This document shows, piece by piece, positions 61,561 through 64,000 of a stretch of 64,000 nt of DNA. Source of the stretch: Amphiscolops sp. MND2022 (lineage: Eukaryota). The stretch is from the NCBI GenBank assembly GCA_964187785.1, contig OZ076420.1, positions 18,538,001 through 18,602,000 of the forward strand, read 5' to 3'. The notes beneath the pieces are model-generated. The model was not told the origin of the DNA, did not search any database, and saw only the letters and a program-made list of their open reading frames with translations. Numbering within the stretch: the stretch's first letter is position 1; the number at the start of each line of letters is the position of its first letter. Made by a program: the position numbers and the translations under genes.

Positions 61561-63447
61561 ACAACACCCTGAATGCAATGAAAAGAAAAGTTTATTTGAT
61601 TGAAAAGGAGAATAAAAACTTTGATGTTTAAGAGGAAACAACAATCCAATGAATGCAATTTACCAACAAACTGGAAAATGGAAAAATGGATTCTGTTCGT
61701 GGGGAACTTTTTGAGTTTGTAATAACAAACTAACTATAGTTAGGGGATATTCTCAAGTAGGTCATTTTTTGGGGTGGTTTTTGATTCTTAAATAGATGAA
61801 TATGGGGAGGAGATAATTAGGTTGATCCAATAGCAGCGCTGGAGATGTGTGCGACTTGAACCTCAAACCGGTGGACAAGCAATGGGCTGAGTGGGAGTTT
61901 GAAAGCGCAGAAAACAACGACATTGTCAGAAGCCGAAAAGTAAAAATAGAAGCCGCACATGGAGGCGTTTCGGAAGGTGTTTCCCAACAACCGACAACAT
62001 GGAGGCTGAAATTCGTCAGTCAAAAGTTTTCATTCGAAGAAGCCAGAGATAATTGCCAGCATTCTCTGGACTATTGGTGGAAAACTATTCTCTGGACTTG
62101 ATGGCACTCTTTCTCAGGCCCAGTTTCTGTTCCAGGAAAGCGGCAACGAGCCGAGTTGGTCCGGGTACTTCAAAATCAACAATTCACATTTTGTGGACAT
62201 AGATAACAAGACTGTGGACAATGGCGTCTTCAACTGGAGGCCTGGAAATCCAGGGGATCCCGGAGAACGAAAAGTGGTCTTTGGTTGGGATGGCTCTTGT
62301 TTGCAAATAGACGTTGGCGATGATTTCGACAAATTCAGATCTGTTTGCGACATGAGTTAAACTCCGAAAAACTGGAAGAAATAAGGTAAAAACATGGCCG
62401 AGAAAGATACGTTGTCAGTTTTCATCTTACATACAACAAGATCAATTATCAGAACTTAGTGGAAGATTCACTTTATAAATCAACTCATGTTTTTTTCAAT
62501 TAAAAAGGTGCTTTAAATTTGGATTATCTGAGTTGTGAAACGAACTAAAGACACCCCTGTATAAAACTATTTTATGGACTTTGCAATGTTTTCGACATGG
62601 AAGGTGGTGTTAAAAAGAGCGATAGTTTGTCGAGAACAAAGAAGCATGTTTGGTTTCAATGTCCCTTGTTAGAATCTGACCATTGACAAGTGAAAAAACA
62701 ACTATACTTGCTTCTTTGCGACAGTTATAAAGACTATCAGTGCTCATATTCAAGGGAACGTGCACTTATTCAAGGGAACCGGCTTATAGGAAACGTGCAC
62801 TGTTATTAAAACGTGCAAGCCGAGTGAATTCAGAGCACATTTATATCAAGAAGTGACTTCACCAAGTAGAAGTTTCTAGCTGAATTTTGTCATTGCATAG
62901 GGCAAAACATGTTTTTTAGTCGGCGCCTTTTCCCTTAAGGAAAAAAACCCGACTATTACAGTTAGTAGTTTTTTTTCAGTTGACAATCTCACTCTGAGTG
63001 GTCCACTTTTTTACAATCTTTTGTTCATTTGTTCAACTAATTTTCTGAGAAGCAGGAGATCGTGGGTTCGATTCTCTCACTAAGCTACGAATTTTTTTAT
63101 GCTTCCAAAAGCAGAGGCGAGATCAAAGGGTCCCCCTTTGGGTTTTTTTCGGCACTATGCTTTCGACTTTTTTTCGAAAATTTTCGAACTCTATCAAACG
63201 GTACCCCCTTGAATTTTTTGAAGTGTTTGGTTTGTAAAAAACGTTTAATGAGCCTAAATGGCTTCTTTTTGAGTTTTTCGGCATTGTGCGACTTTTTTTT
63301 TAAAAAAAAACACTTTTTTTGAAAAAAAATTAATTCTTTTCAAATGTTTCCAATAGTTGTTCCTTGAATATTTTTGAGGCTTAGATATGGCGCCGACTTG
63401 GGACGTTCCCGTCTTGTTCAACTTTGCTATGTTTTGTAACGGGAACC

Positions 63448-64000
63448 TCTGGCACAGCCGATTTTGCAACTTTGACATGTTCAGAAATTTTGTCAAAAAT
63501 TCTAATTCGATGTGTGACATGGCACTGAGCATGTAATTGCTCTTTTCGCTGTTTTCGCCATTTTAAATGGAAAACGAGGACCGAGCAAGACCGAGCGAGA
63601 ACGCACAGAACGGAACGGAACAGCTTGAGGGCTTAGAGAACTGTGAAAAAAGACTTTTTTTGGTGCTAAACCTGGTTTTCATTGTATTTTATGCTACCTT
63701 ACATAGCGGAAACCAGTAAAATAAGTCCTGTAGCCTAATTATCCTTGTTTGGTGCTCGGAGTCCTTGCGCCCTAGCTTGTAGCTGTGTGGTTTGCCATAT
63801 TCGTGCCTGTTTTCATGTACTTTCACTGGTTTTGGCTAGCTCGAGCGCTAATTTTGGCAGTTTTGGATCTTATTCCCCATTTTAGAAGTTATTCCCATGT
63901 CACCCTGTAATTGGAAATTTACCTTATTTTTGGCATTGTTTTTATGTGCTAGTTGAGCGGTGGTCTTTATAGAGTCAGGAAGATGCCCGTTACTATTAGC
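63448..64000 (+). repeat. Dispersed repeat, copy 2 (copy 1 at 39498-40007)
   Basis: Colinear similarity to 39498-40007. Confidence 0.85.

Noticed and set aside
61800-62400. Minus-strand gag-like remnant
   Set aside because: GC-richer and possibly retroelement-derived, but I could not recognise a diagnostic motif
63045-63090. tRNA gene (GGGTTCGATTC B-box)
   Set aside because: No acceptor stem or D-arm can be folded and the T-stem pairs poorly; at best the head of a SINE-like repeat

Overview
AT-rich animal genomic scaffold (two 200-N gaps) made almost entirely of nested, mostly decayed transposable elements; nothing prokaryotic. The repeat style reminds me of acoel flatworm assemblies, but that is unverified. 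From left to right: (A) a degenerate minus-strand Ty3/Gypsy element (1-13.3 kb) with a chuvirus/class III-like env and at least 4 kb of further ORF remnants. A ~1.1 kb non-autonomous DNA transposon with 2-bp TSDs occurs twice. (C) A plus-strand Gypsy with a 1,294-bp tandem duplication and a perfect 103-bp palindrome. (B) A structurally complete 18-kb Gypsy (21078-39063; ~1.6-kb LTRs, GAGAT TSD, tRNA-Leu-like PBS). Its gag frame starts inside the LTR, it carries a spliced antisense zinc-finger/hAT-like gene, and it is studded with a fixed-spacing CGATG-N9-CATCG-N6-CATCG motif. MITEs and further Gypsy fragments (D-G) follow. The most striking locus is a minus-strand multi-exon gene at ~51.75-58.87 kb, reconstructed from phase-consistent GT-AG junctions. 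It encodes three C2H2 fingers, a KDM2/KDM7-type JmjC domain with intact Fe ligands, an ELM2/SANT-like module, a degenerate tyrosine-recombinase-like segment and a PR-Set7/KMT5A-like SET domain. This may be a mobile histone writer-plus-eraser cassette; this copy has stops in its 3' half. All domain calls are by-eye motif recognition; no database searches were run.
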